Assembly (NCBI GenBank): GCA_016432445.1
Contig: CP066689.1
Coordinates: 810,001-842,000 of the forward strand
Direction: 5' to 3'
From: Candidatus Saccharimonadota bacterium
GTDB taxonomy: Bacteria > Patescibacteriota > Microgenomatia > UBA1406 > GWC2-37-13
Length of the DNA stretch: 32,000 nt
Shown: in pieces, positions 15,959-24,149 of the stretch
Layout: each line of letters starts with the position of its first letter
How positions within the stretch are numbered: the stretch's first letter is position 1
Position numbers and translations under genes: made by a program
Notes under the pieces: model-generated
Databases searched by the model: none
Seen by the model: the letters and a program-made list of their open reading frames with translations, nothing else
Told to the model about the DNA's origin: nothing

Positions 15959-16989
15959 AAAATGATATTTTAATCTCAATTATCGTCGTTAACTTTAATG
16001 GAATAAAGTTTCTTGGAACCTGTTTAAACTCCATTTTTTTAGAAAAAAATAACTTATATGAAGTAATTGTTGTTGATAATGGTACGCAAAAAAAGATTAT
16101 CGTCGAATTTAAGAAAAAATACACGAAAGAAAAAAGACTTTATTTTATCAATTTGAAAAAAAATATTGGACCTGCGGGTGCACGCAATATTGGAGCTACA
16201 GCAAGTAAAGGAAAATATTTATTGTTTTTAGATTATGACGCACAAATTAAAAAAGGCTGGTTTAAGGAAACCATAAATCTTTTTAACAGATACAAGGATG
16301 TCGGAGGATATCAACCTAAAATATTAAAGAAAGGAACTGATTTTTATGATTATGCCGGGGATTACCTAAGTCCTCTTGGCTTTTTAATTGAGAGAGCAAG
16401 AGGAGTAAAAGATGAAGGACAATTTGATCAGATTGTTCCGATATTTTCCGCAAAAGGAGCCTGCATGATTATTAAAAAAAATATTTTTGAAAATATTGGT
16501 GGATTCGATAATGATTATAGATATTTATGGGAGGAACCTGATTTAACATGGAGAATTTGGCTTGCCGGATATAAAGTAATGTTTACTCCTACGATTACAG
16601 TTTGGCACGCCTATGTTACTAAGGAGAAAAATACTCAATATTATGAGAAAAGCGACGTCACTTATCTTGGAAGTAGAAATAATGTGTTAACTCTAATTAA
16701 AAATCTTGAGCTTAAAAATGCTATATATATCATTCCATTAAACATATTTTCATTGTTTATCTTATCTTTACTATTCTTTCTTCGATTAAATTTTTATAGA
16801 AGCTACTCAATAATTCGCGGAATTACTTGGAATATAAAAAATATATCAATAACTTTAAAAAAACGACAAAAAATTCAACAGTCTAGAAAAGTAGGTGATT
16901 CCAAAATTTTTAAAATCATTATGAAAAATGCAAATTTATTATATTATCTTGGAAAAGGAATCTCTTATATTCTAGGAAAACCTTATTAA
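15955..16989 (+). CDS. GT2 glycosyltransferase with a C-terminal TM/amphipathic tail; tandem paralog 1.
   Basis: ISIIVVNFNG, VVDNGT, LDYDAQ (DxD), GGFDNDY and EEPDLTWR. ATGA overlap with the upstream gene. Confidence 0.8.
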   Translation: MKNDILISIIVVNFNGIKFLGTCLNSIFLEKNNLYEVIVVDNGTQKKIIVEFKKKYTKEKRLYFINLKKNIGPAGARNIGATASKGKYLLFLDYDAQIKKGWFKETINLFNRYKDVGGYQPKILKKGTDFYDYAGDYLSPLGFLIERARGVKDEGQFDQIVPIFSAKGACMIIKKNIFENIGGFDNDYRYLWEEPDLTWRIWLAGYKVMFTPTITVWHAYVTKEKNTQYYEKSDVTYLGSRNNVLTLIKNLELKNAIYIIPLNIFSLFILSLLFFLRLNFYRSYSIIRGITWNIKNISITLKKRQKIQQSRKVGDSKIFKIIMKNANLLYYLGKGISYILGKPY

Positions 16990-16991
16990 TT

Positions 16992-17996
16992 ATGAATAAA
17001 ACACATCCTAAAATAACTATCATAGTTGCTAACTATAATGGGACAAACTACATTAAAGCTTGTTTAAACTCCGTGCTTAAATCAAGCTACAAGAATTTTG
17101 AAATAATTGTTGTAGATGATGGATCAAAAGATAATAGTAAATCCGTTCTTAAATCATTTGAAAAAGAAAAAAAAATAAAAATATTTTATTTTAAAAAAAA
17201 TAAAGGAGCAGCTTGCGCTAGGAATTTTGGAGTTAAAAGATCAAAAGGGGAATATATCTTGTTTATCGATTTTGATTGTGAAATTGAAAAAAAGTGTTTA
17301 GCGGCAATAATAAAAAAATTAAATAAAGATAAAGAAATCGGCGGTATTGTTTTAAAGCTTATAACTGATAATGGAAAACTTGATAGTGCCGGACATTTTT
17401 ACTCAATTTTTGGCTTCCCTTATGAAGTCGGCGCAGGGGAAAATCCGGAAAATTACCAAAAAGAACTACCAGTCTTTGGCTCAAAAACTGCAGGTTTTGC
17501 TGTACGAAAAGATGTAATTGAAAAAATTCATGGATTTGATGAAGATTATGTAATTTCCGGTGAAGATACAGATTTATCATGGAGAATTATACTTGCTAAC
17601 TATCAATTAATATATTTTCCTGAAGCTATAGGCTACCATCATCAAAAAGAAACCGAAGTGAAGTCAACCAAATATCGTATTCTTTATGAAGGCATTAAAA
17701 ATAATCTTTGTAACTTAATTAAAAATAGCTCGGTAAGTTTACTTTGGTGGATAATCCCATTGCATATTTTTTCTCTTTTGTTATTAAGTCTAAAACTTCT
17801 TATTCAAGGAAGAATTAATGATTCTTTGTGGATTTATAAAAGTATCTTATGGAACATAATCCATTTAAACAAAACGCTAGAGAAAAGGAAATTAAATAAA
17901 ATATTTGCAAAAAATGATAATATTGTAAACATGTTTGGATCCATTAATCATTTACAGCTTATGAAAAAAGGATGGAAGTGGTTTTTAAACGTTTAA
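16992..17996 (+). CDS. GT2 glycosyltransferase with a C-terminal TM/amphipathic tail; tandem paralog 2.
   Basis: ITIIVANYNG, VVDDGS, IDFDCE (DxD), HGFDEDY and GEDTDLSWR. Collinear with the preceding ORF, including the tail (IIPLHIFSLLLLSL / IIPLNIFSLFILSL). Confidence 0.8.
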   Translation: MNKTHPKITIIVANYNGTNYIKACLNSVLKSSYKNFEIIVVDDGSKDNSKSVLKSFEKEKKIKIFYFKKNKGAACARNFGVKRSKGEYILFIDFDCEIEKKCLAAIIKKLNKDKEIGGIVLKLITDNGKLDSAGHFYSIFGFPYEVGAGENPENYQKELPVFGSKTAGFAVRKDVIEKIHGFDEDYVISGEDTDLSWRIILANYQLIYFPEAIGYHHQKETEVKSTKYRILYEGIKNNLCNLIKNSSVSLLWWIIPLHIFSLLLLSLKLLIQGRINDSLWIYKSILWNIIHLNKTLEKRKLNKIFAKNDNIVNMFGSINHLQLMKKGWKWFLNV

Positions 17997-18006
17997 AAAT
18001 ATTTTT

Positions 18007-18738
18007 ATGGTAAATCTTTCAATTCCAAAGCCAAAATTTTTCTGGAATAAATATTCAATTCTACGATATCAGCAAAATTATAACTTTCTCAAGAAAAAAA
18101 TCAATAATTCGAAATCTTTAGATATTCTTGATATTGGAGGACATACAGGAGATTTATATGAATATCTAAAATTTATAGAAGTGCCTTTAGCAAAAATTAA
18201 TTATCAAATCTTGGATAATGATAAAGGAGCTTTAGAAATTGCCCGGAAAAGGGGAGTAAAAACACTAAAAATAGATTTTAATTCAAAGAAAATAGAAAAA
18301 GTATTCAATAGTAAAAAATTTGACATTATTATCTGTACTGAAGTACTTGAACACCTTTTATACCCTAATAGAATCATGAATTCTATAAAAAAACTCTTAA
18401 AAGCTGATGGAATATGTCTTATCTCGATACCGAATGAGAATACTATCTTTCATCGATTGTTTACGCTCTTTGGTATGGGAATAGATCAATATGTCTTTAG
18501 AGAAGGGAAACATTTACATTTCCCAACAATCAAACAAAGCCGTGATTTTGTTTCATCTCATTTAAAAATTAATGAATACGCTTATTTCATTATCTTTGAA
18601 GGAAAAGGATCAAGATTAAGCTGGGCGGGAATTTTTCTTAAGCTTGTACCTGATTTTATTTGGCATAAATTAACTATTATCGCTCCAAATTTTTTTGCCC
18701 GGGGTTCTATCTTTTTATGCAGTAAGAAATTGCTTTAG
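18007..18738 (+). CDS. Class I SAM-dependent methyltransferase (Methyltransf_11/23-like).
   Basis: ILDIGGHTGD (motif I), FDIIICTEVLEHL and LKADGICLISIPN. Confidence 0.72.
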   Translation: MVNLSIPKPKFFWNKYSILRYQQNYNFLKKKINNSKSLDILDIGGHTGDLYEYLKFIEVPLAKINYQILDNDKGALEIARKRGVKTLKIDFNSKKIEKVFNSKKFDIIICTEVLEHLLYPNRIMNSIKKLLKADGICLISIPNENTIFHRLFTLFGMGIDQYVFREGKHLHFPTIKQSRDFVSSHLKINEYAYFIIFEGKGSRLSWAGIFLKLVPDFIWHKLTIIAPNFFARGSIFLCSKKLL

Positions 18739-19786
18739 GTGATATCAAAACTTTATCAATATTTTCTTTAAGTTTTATTTCCTTAATTACTTTGCTTATT
18801 TTAAGATAACCTAACTGAAGTTTAGCATAACGTAAAATACCAAGAATACTTTTAGGAATAATTAAAGCCAATATAATACTTCTCCAATAAAAAAGTTTAC
18901 TCTGATAGGAAGGATTAATTTTTAGTACCTCTTTGGCAATTGTTAGAACATTTTTATTTGAGGTGTAGTATTTAATACCAGGCAAGCTTTTAATAACCTC
19001 ATCTAGGTGAGATTTTTCGTAAAGATTATATCTGGATGCGGAAGAATCAAATTCTTTGTAAATTTCAAATAATTTCCTAATGTGAAATTCTTTATTAACG
19101 TCAACATTAAGATAGGAAACATTACCGCTTTTACTAAATTTTCCAATAATAAATTTTTCTCCGATATATAAAGCCCCAGTTTTTTTTATTATTCTAAAAA
19201 TTGGTTTAACATGAGAAAACCAGACGTCATTGATAACATCATCAAGCTTCAACAAATCCCTTCTATAAATATTTCCTGAGGCAAATCCAAAATGCCAGTC
19301 TTGCGTTTTAATTAAAATATCTTCTCCTGGCGGTATGTATAAAATCTCTTTTTTTATAGGTGTAGCTATGAAAGAAGGCTGATAATAGTTATCTTCATAA
19401 AACATTAATCCTAGTTGAGCATAACCAGATTTTCTCTCTTCCATTTGTTCGTAAACTACACTTAATGTGTCAGGCATTGCAATAATGTCGTCGTCAGAAA
19501 ATAAAAAAATGTATTTGCCTTTTGATAATTTTATCCCATTTATAAAATTGCCGGGAAAACCCAGATTTTTTTTATTTTTTATATAAATAATTCTTGGATC
19601 TTTAAAAGTTTTTTTAATAATTTCTTCCGTATTATCAGGTGAAGCATCATCAAGAATGATAAGTTCAAAATCCTTAAAATTTTGACTTAAAACACTACGT
19701 ATAGCCAATTTTAAATATTGAGGCCTTTTATATGTTGTCAATAAAACTGTAATTGCCGGATTTGACATAAGAATGTGACTGTTCAA
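18707..19786 (-). CDS. GT2 glycosyltransferase.
   Basis: ITVLLTTYKRPQYL and LIILDDASPDNT, followed by FSDDD (DxD). Confidence 0.8.
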   Translation of the reverse strand: MNSHILMSNPAITVLLTTYKRPQYLKLAIRSVLSQNFKDFELIILDDASPDNTEEIIKKTFKDPRIIYIKNKKNLGFPGNFINGIKLSKGKYIFLFSDDDIIAMPDTLSVVYEQMEERKSGYAQLGLMFYEDNYYQPSFIATPIKKEILYIPPGEDILIKTQDWHFGFASGNIYRRDLLKLDDVINDVWFSHVKPIFRIIKKTGALYIGEKFIIGKFSKSGNVSYLNVDVNKEFHIRKLFEIYKEFDSSASRYNLYEKSHLDEVIKSLPGIKYYTSNKNVLTIAKEVLKINPSYQSKLFYWRSIILALIIPKSILGILRYAKLQLGYLKISKVIKEIKLKENIDKVLISPKAISYCIKR

Positions 19787-20727
19787 GAATTTAACAATTT
19801 TTTATACCTTTTAACTATTTTTTTTAATCCCTCTTTATGTCCTATTATCGGCTTCCATCCTAAGGAACGGATTTTAGAAGTATCAGCAAAAAAATTAATG
19901 GTAGCAACAGCTTTATGAAATTTAGAAGACCTTACAGATCTAACCTTAGATTTACTTTTTGTCATTTTAATTATGCAATTAATTAAAGTTTTAAACTTTA
20001 TTGAATCTTCATGTCCAATAAGATAAGTATCATTATTTGCTTTTTTCTCCAGGATCCTTAGAGCTGCTACAACATCATCTACATAAATATAATTCCTATA
20101 AAAATTTCCCCCATCGTATAAAGAAAGAGTATTACCTTTAAGTGCTTCCATAATCAAATAATTCAATGCCCCTTTTTTTGTGTTATCAAAAGTCTCGTAT
20201 TCTCCGTAAACATTTGTTAATCTGCAGATAAGATAGGGGATCGAGTAAAGACGGGAATAAAGTTTTATTATGCTCTCAGCGCAAAGTTTAGTTGCCGGAT
20301 AAATAGCTAAAGGATCAGTTTTTGATTCCTCATTTATTGGTGTCTTCGTCCTGTCATATTCGTTTCCATAAACAAACATTGTTGAAGGAAAGATTAGTTT
20401 TGGTTTTTTTCTTAATTTTTTGCAAAACTCCAGCAAATGAATTGTATCTTTTACATTAGTTTCGATATCAATATAAGGATCAGTCAATACATTGTAATTA
20501 TCTACTGTGCTGGCAAAATGATAAATGACATCTATATTTGCTACGTCCATTTCATTTAAATCATGAACTGATTTAATTATAAGTTTCGCCTTTTTATTAT
20601 TAAGTCTGCTTAGATGCTTATTAGACCTTGAAATGACTGTTATTTTCCCTTGAAGATTATTAGCAAGATTTGAACCTATCAGACCTAAACCTCCTGTTAT
20701 TAAATAATTTAAAGGTTTATTTTTCAC
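19783..20727 (-). CDS. NAD-dependent epimerase/dehydratase (extended SDR).
   Basis: TGGLGLIGSNL glycine-rich motif and YPATK (the YxxxK catalytic motif). The start codon at 20727 is GTG. Overlaps the downstream GT2 by 4 nt. Confidence 0.82.
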   Translation of the reverse strand: MKNKPLNYLITGGLGLIGSNLANNLQGKITVISRSNKHLSRLNNKKAKLIIKSVHDLNEMDVANIDVIYHFASTVDNYNVLTDPYIDIETNVKDTIHLLEFCKKLRKKPKLIFPSTMFVYGNEYDRTKTPINEESKTDPLAIYPATKLCAESIIKLYSRLYSIPYLICRLTNVYGEYETFDNTKKGALNYLIMEALKGNTLSLYDGGNFYRNYIYVDDVVAALRILEKKANNDTYLIGHEDSIKFKTLINCIIKMTKSKSKVRSVRSSKFHKAVATINFFADTSKIRSLGWKPIIGHKEGLKKIVKRYKKLLNS

Positions 20728-20847
20728 GATTTTAATAGCCTTTCCAAATTTTGGTTTAAATTAACAATTTAAATATATTTTTTATTTTACAACTTTGATT
20801 AAGTGCAATTTCCAAAGCTTAAAATAAAAAAATTATCTATCATTGTG

Positions 20848-20863
20848 TTGATATTATATAATA
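20848..20863. promoter_or_regulatory. TTGATATTATATAATA motif, identical to 25477-25492, containing the 10-nt palindrome ATTATATAAT with TATAAT on both strands.
   Basis: Exact 16/16 identity with the second copy. Plus-strand TATAAT (20857-20862) ends 13 nt before the ATG at 20876. Confidence 0.45.
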
Positions 20864-20875
20864 GAGAAAATTAAT

Positions 20876-21418
20876 ATGAAATTACTCTATTATATCTTTT
20901 CCATTCCAGCCCGTCTTAAAGGGATGAAAATCGGTAAAGGTTCAACTATCGGGCCTTTTTATGATTTTCTTTTTAATGATTTTAGTAATGTAATTTTAGG
21001 CAAAAAAGTAAACATTGGCGCACATGCTTATATAAATCCCATCAAAAATAAAAAAACAAAACCTAAAATAATGATAGAAGACGGTACTAATATTGGAAGA
21101 TACTCAACGTTATCTTGCGTCAAAGAAATTAATATTGGTAAAAATTGTTTAATAGGTTATAACGTTTCATTTTTGGATCATGACCATGAACTTTATGATA
21201 TGAAAAAAACTCCCGTAACTAATGGTTTAACAGATGGCGAAAAAATCATTATTGAAAATGACTGTTTTATTGGAGCGCATAGTTTCATTTTAAAAGGAGT
21301 AAATCTGGGAAAACGGTGTATTGTCGGAGCTAATAGTGTAGTTACCAAATCTTTTCCGGCGTATTCTGTAATCGCCGGAAATCCGGCAAAACTATTAAAA
21401 AAATTAAAAAATAAATAA
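20876..21418 (+). CDS. Left-handed beta-helix (hexapeptide-repeat) O-acetyltransferase, WbbJ/WcaF/maltose-acetyltransferase-like.
   Basis: Hexapeptide repeats (IGKNCLIGYNVSF, IENDCFIGAHSFILKGVNLGKRCIVGANSVV) and the C-terminal VIAGNPAKLLKK. Confidence 0.85.
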   Translation: MKLLYYIFSIPARLKGMKIGKGSTIGPFYDFLFNDFSNVILGKKVNIGAHAYINPIKNKKTKPKIMIEDGTNIGRYSTLSCVKEINIGKNCLIGYNVSFLDHDHELYDMKKTPVTNGLTDGEKIIIENDCFIGAHSFILKGVNLGKRCIVGANSVVTKSFPAYSVIAGNPAKLLKKLKNK

Positions 21419-21420
21419 CA

Positions 21421-22161
21421 ATGATTTATTCATTTATTTCAAAAACAATAGAAAGAATTAAAATGTTGCAATTATTTCTAAGCTATAAAATATTTACTAC
21501 TTTAAGACTGGATAAATTATTAATTAATGAAATGAATAAGTTCTATTATAACTCTTTTTATTTTTCTAATTTTAAAACGCCCAATTGGGGAAAATTCTGG
21601 AATAATGCTTATTGGTTAGGAATTCCAGTGCAAAAAATCCCAACTGACTTATGGATCTATCAAGAAATAATTACGACACAAAAGCCAGACTATATTATTG
21701 AATGTGGCACAGCTGATGGGGGAAGTGCACTTTTTTTAGCTTCTATTTGTGACCTTGTTAAACACGGGAAAATAATCAGTGTTGATATCGTTAAAAAAAT
21801 TAGACCAAAACATAAAAGAGTTACTTATCTTTATGGTTCATCAGTATCTAAGGAAATAGAACAAAGAGTTAAAAAAAACATAAGTAAAAGTAAAAAAGTG
21901 ATGGCGATACTAGATTCTGATCATTCAAAAAAACACGTCCTCAAGGAATTACACATATATAGTAAATTAGTAACGAAGGGTAACTATTTAATCGTTGAAG
22001 ATACTAACCTAAATGGTCATCCAGTTCCATATTTTGAAGCTGGTCCATGGGAAGCAACACAAGAATTTATTAAACATAATAAACATTTTTTAATAGATAC
22101 TACAAAAGAAAAATTTTATTTAACGTTTAATCCAAGAGGATATTTAAAAAAACTATATTAA
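21421..22161 (+). CDS. CmcI / 'cephalosporin hydroxylase' family class I methyltransferase (sugar O-methyltransferase type).
   Basis: WLGIPVQKIPTDLWIYQEII...PDYIIECGTADGGSALFLA...ISVDI matches the CmcI family pattern. Confidence 0.82.
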   Translation: MIYSFISKTIERIKMLQLFLSYKIFTTLRLDKLLINEMNKFYYNSFYFSNFKTPNWGKFWNNAYWLGIPVQKIPTDLWIYQEIITTQKPDYIIECGTADGGSALFLASICDLVKHGKIISVDIVKKIRPKHKRVTYLYGSSVSKEIEQRVKKNISKSKKVMAILDSDHSKKHVLKELHIYSKLVTKGNYLIVEDTNLNGHPVPYFEAGPWEATQEFIKHNKHFLIDTTKEKFYLTFNPRGYLKKLY

Positions 22162-23207
22162 TGCTAATAATTAAACATAAAACGATGGAAAATCCATTTG
22201 TAAAATACTCTTCCTTAATTAAAAAAAAGAGAATGATCAAAAAATCTAATATCCAAATAATTATTCCCACATACAAACCTAAAAAAGATACTTTTGCTTG
22301 CTTAGAATCTATATATAAACAAAAAGAAATTAAGGTAGATGTGCTTATCATAGATAATGGTGGAGAAGTTTATAAACAATTATTAGAAAAATTCTCACAG
22401 CTAAATTACGTCGTATTGAATAAAAATACAGGAAGTGCTGGAGGTTTTCGAATCGGAGGAGAAATTGGTATTTATTACGAATATCGTTATGTTGCTTTTT
22501 CAGATGATGAGGTTATATTCATGAACTTAACTTCACTGAGGGATATGAAAAAAGTATTAGACTCAAGTGACAAAATTGGAGCAGTTGGACCAATTCACAT
22601 TAATGAAAAAGTTCTCAATATATCAAAACCAATAAAAGTTAGCGGCGTAGTATCCATTTGTCTTTTTACGAAAACTAGTGTTATAAAAAAAACAGGCCTT
22701 AATAATTTGCATTTATTTTGGTTAGGGGATGATGTTGAAATTACTTCAAAAATCGCCAATCATTATGATCAATATATTATTCCTACGGCAAAATATTTCC
22801 ATCCCACATATAATGCTGTTCGATTTGGAAACATATACACTTATTTTGCATTACGTGGTTTACTATATCTTGCATTATTTGCACCTCAATTAAGATTAAA
22901 TCAGCGTACGCATGCCTTCTATTATTTCCTGTTGAAGTTAGGATCATCAGTAATGATGAGTTTTATATATTTTGATATTACTTATATTTATACAATAATT
23001 TTAGCCATAATCGGTTCTTTTCATTTACAGTGGGACTTTCGTAAATATATTTTGAATAATAAATATTATTTAGCACCTCTTAATAAAAAACCAAAAAAAA
23101 GTTCGTTATATTTATCCAGTACATCAGTTCTTAGAAAAAACAAATATTATTATTGTTTTCTTTCATATAAAAATAAACATTATCTTGAATTAAGAAGATC
23201 GAAATAA
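22161..23207 (+). CDS. GT2 glycosyltransferase with a C-terminal TM region.
   Basis: IQIIIPTYKPKKD, LIIDNGG, and FSDDE as the DxD region. The start is ambiguous (ATG at 22161, 22185 or 22233), and 22233 gives the canonical short N-terminus. Confidence 0.7.
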   Translation: MLIIKHKTMENPFVKYSSLIKKKRMIKKSNIQIIIPTYKPKKDTFACLESIYKQKEIKVDVLIIDNGGEVYKQLLEKFSQLNYVVLNKNTGSAGGFRIGGEIGIYYEYRYVAFSDDEVIFMNLTSLRDMKKVLDSSDKIGAVGPIHINEKVLNISKPIKVSGVVSICLFTKTSVIKKTGLNNLHLFWLGDDVEITSKIANHYDQYIIPTAKYFHPTYNAVRFGNIYTYFALRGLLYLALFAPQLRLNQRTHAFYYFLLKLGSSVMMSFIYFDITYIYTIILAIIGSFHLQWDFRKYILNNKYYLAPLNKKPKKSSLYLSSTSVLRKNKYYYCFLSYKNKHYLELRRSK

Positions 23208-24149
23208 TTTAGTTAAATCTAAAAAATTGTTCACTAGTTTTTGCAGTAAACCTTTCACCACAAAGTAAAAACCTTTAATAACTTCTTTCAAAAAGTTAAG
23301 GGTAGTTCTCAACCACCAATATAAAGCACAGCCAATAATGGTAACTTTTTTAACTAAAGGTAATTTAGACTCACTTGTATATTTAACCATGAAAAAAAAA
23401 TCAAAAAAGAACATCACAGGAAAAATTAGATATCGTTTTATTCTTTTAATAATTTCTTCACTAAATTGCAAATTTTCTAAAACTGTGAATCTGTCAGTAG
23501 CATTGCCGGAATCTCTCTTATAGAGTAAAGGTTTATCAACATATATCAAATCTCCTCTTAGCAAAATTTTAAATACTGTTAAATTATCGCTTCCCCATTT
23601 AAGAAAAGGTCTATTGTCCATATGAAAACCTTTAATTTGTTTTAAAACTTCAGTCTTATATAATCCCCAAAAAAGCAGATCCGGTTTAAGAAGATAGGTA
23701 GTAATAGCGTTATAGCTTTTAAGATACGATTTATAATCCAAATTTATTATTTTCCGCTTATTTCCTTTAAATTCTACATAATTACACACCGCAAGAACCG
23801 CTTCCTTGTGCTTTATTAAAGAATTCGCTAATGCTTTTATCATCATCTTACTTCGAGGATCATCATCACCAGCCCACATAAAATACTCTCCTTTTGCTTT
23901 ACTTAAAACAAAATTATGATTTTTCGGCAAACCCAAATTTTTCTTTTGCTGAAAGATTTTAATTCTTTTATCTTTTTTTGCGTAAGCTTTGCAAATTTTG
24001 TAAGTATCATCGACCGATGCATCATTAGAGATTATTATCTCGATATTTTTGTACGTTTGTTTTATAAGACAATCTAAAGTCTCTTCAAACCCGTAAGCTC
24101 TATTATATGTAGGAACTCCAATACTAACTAATGGATAATTAGTTTTCAT
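23190..24149 (-). CDS. GT2 glycosyltransferase.
   Basis: VSIGVPTYNRA, IIISNDASVDDT and AGDDD (DxD). TAATG stop/start overlap with the upstream C-methyltransferase. Confidence 0.8.
   Translation of the reverse strand: MKTNYPLVSIGVPTYNRAYGFEETLDCLIKQTYKNIEIIISNDASVDDTYKICKAYAKKDKRIKIFQQKKNLGLPKNHNFVLSKAKGEYFMWAGDDDPRSKMMIKALANSLIKHKEAVLAVCNYVEFKGNKRKIINLDYKSYLKSYNAITTYLLKPDLLFWGLYKTEVLKQIKGFHMDNRPFLKWGSDNLTVFKILLRGDLIYVDKPLLYKRDSGNATDRFTVLENLQFSEEIIKRIKRYLIFPVMFFFDFFFMVKYTSESKLPLVKKVTIIGCALYWWLRTTLNFLKEVIKGFYFVVKGLLQKLVNNFLDLTKLFRSS

Noticed and set aside
15157-16124. Antisense ORFs 15157-15375 and 15936-16124 within or across GT2 genes.
   Set aside because: Shadow ORFs with no motifs.
17359-17580. 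Antisense 73-aa ORF in GT2 paralog 2.
   Set aside because: Shadow ORF.
20756-20774. Inverted repeat TTTAAATT-aac-AATTTAAA upstream of the SDR gene.
   Set aside because: It consists only of A/T and is short, so it is expected by chance in ~20% GC intergenic DNA. It would not form a stable structure.
22127-22351. Antisense 74-aa hydrophobic ORF over the CmcI/GT2 junction.
   Set aside because: The hydrophobicity comes from the poly-A/T composition of the antisense strand. It overlaps two supported genes.
23338-23523. 61-aa plus-strand ORF inside the minus-strand GT2 23190-24149.
   Set aside because: Shadow ORF.
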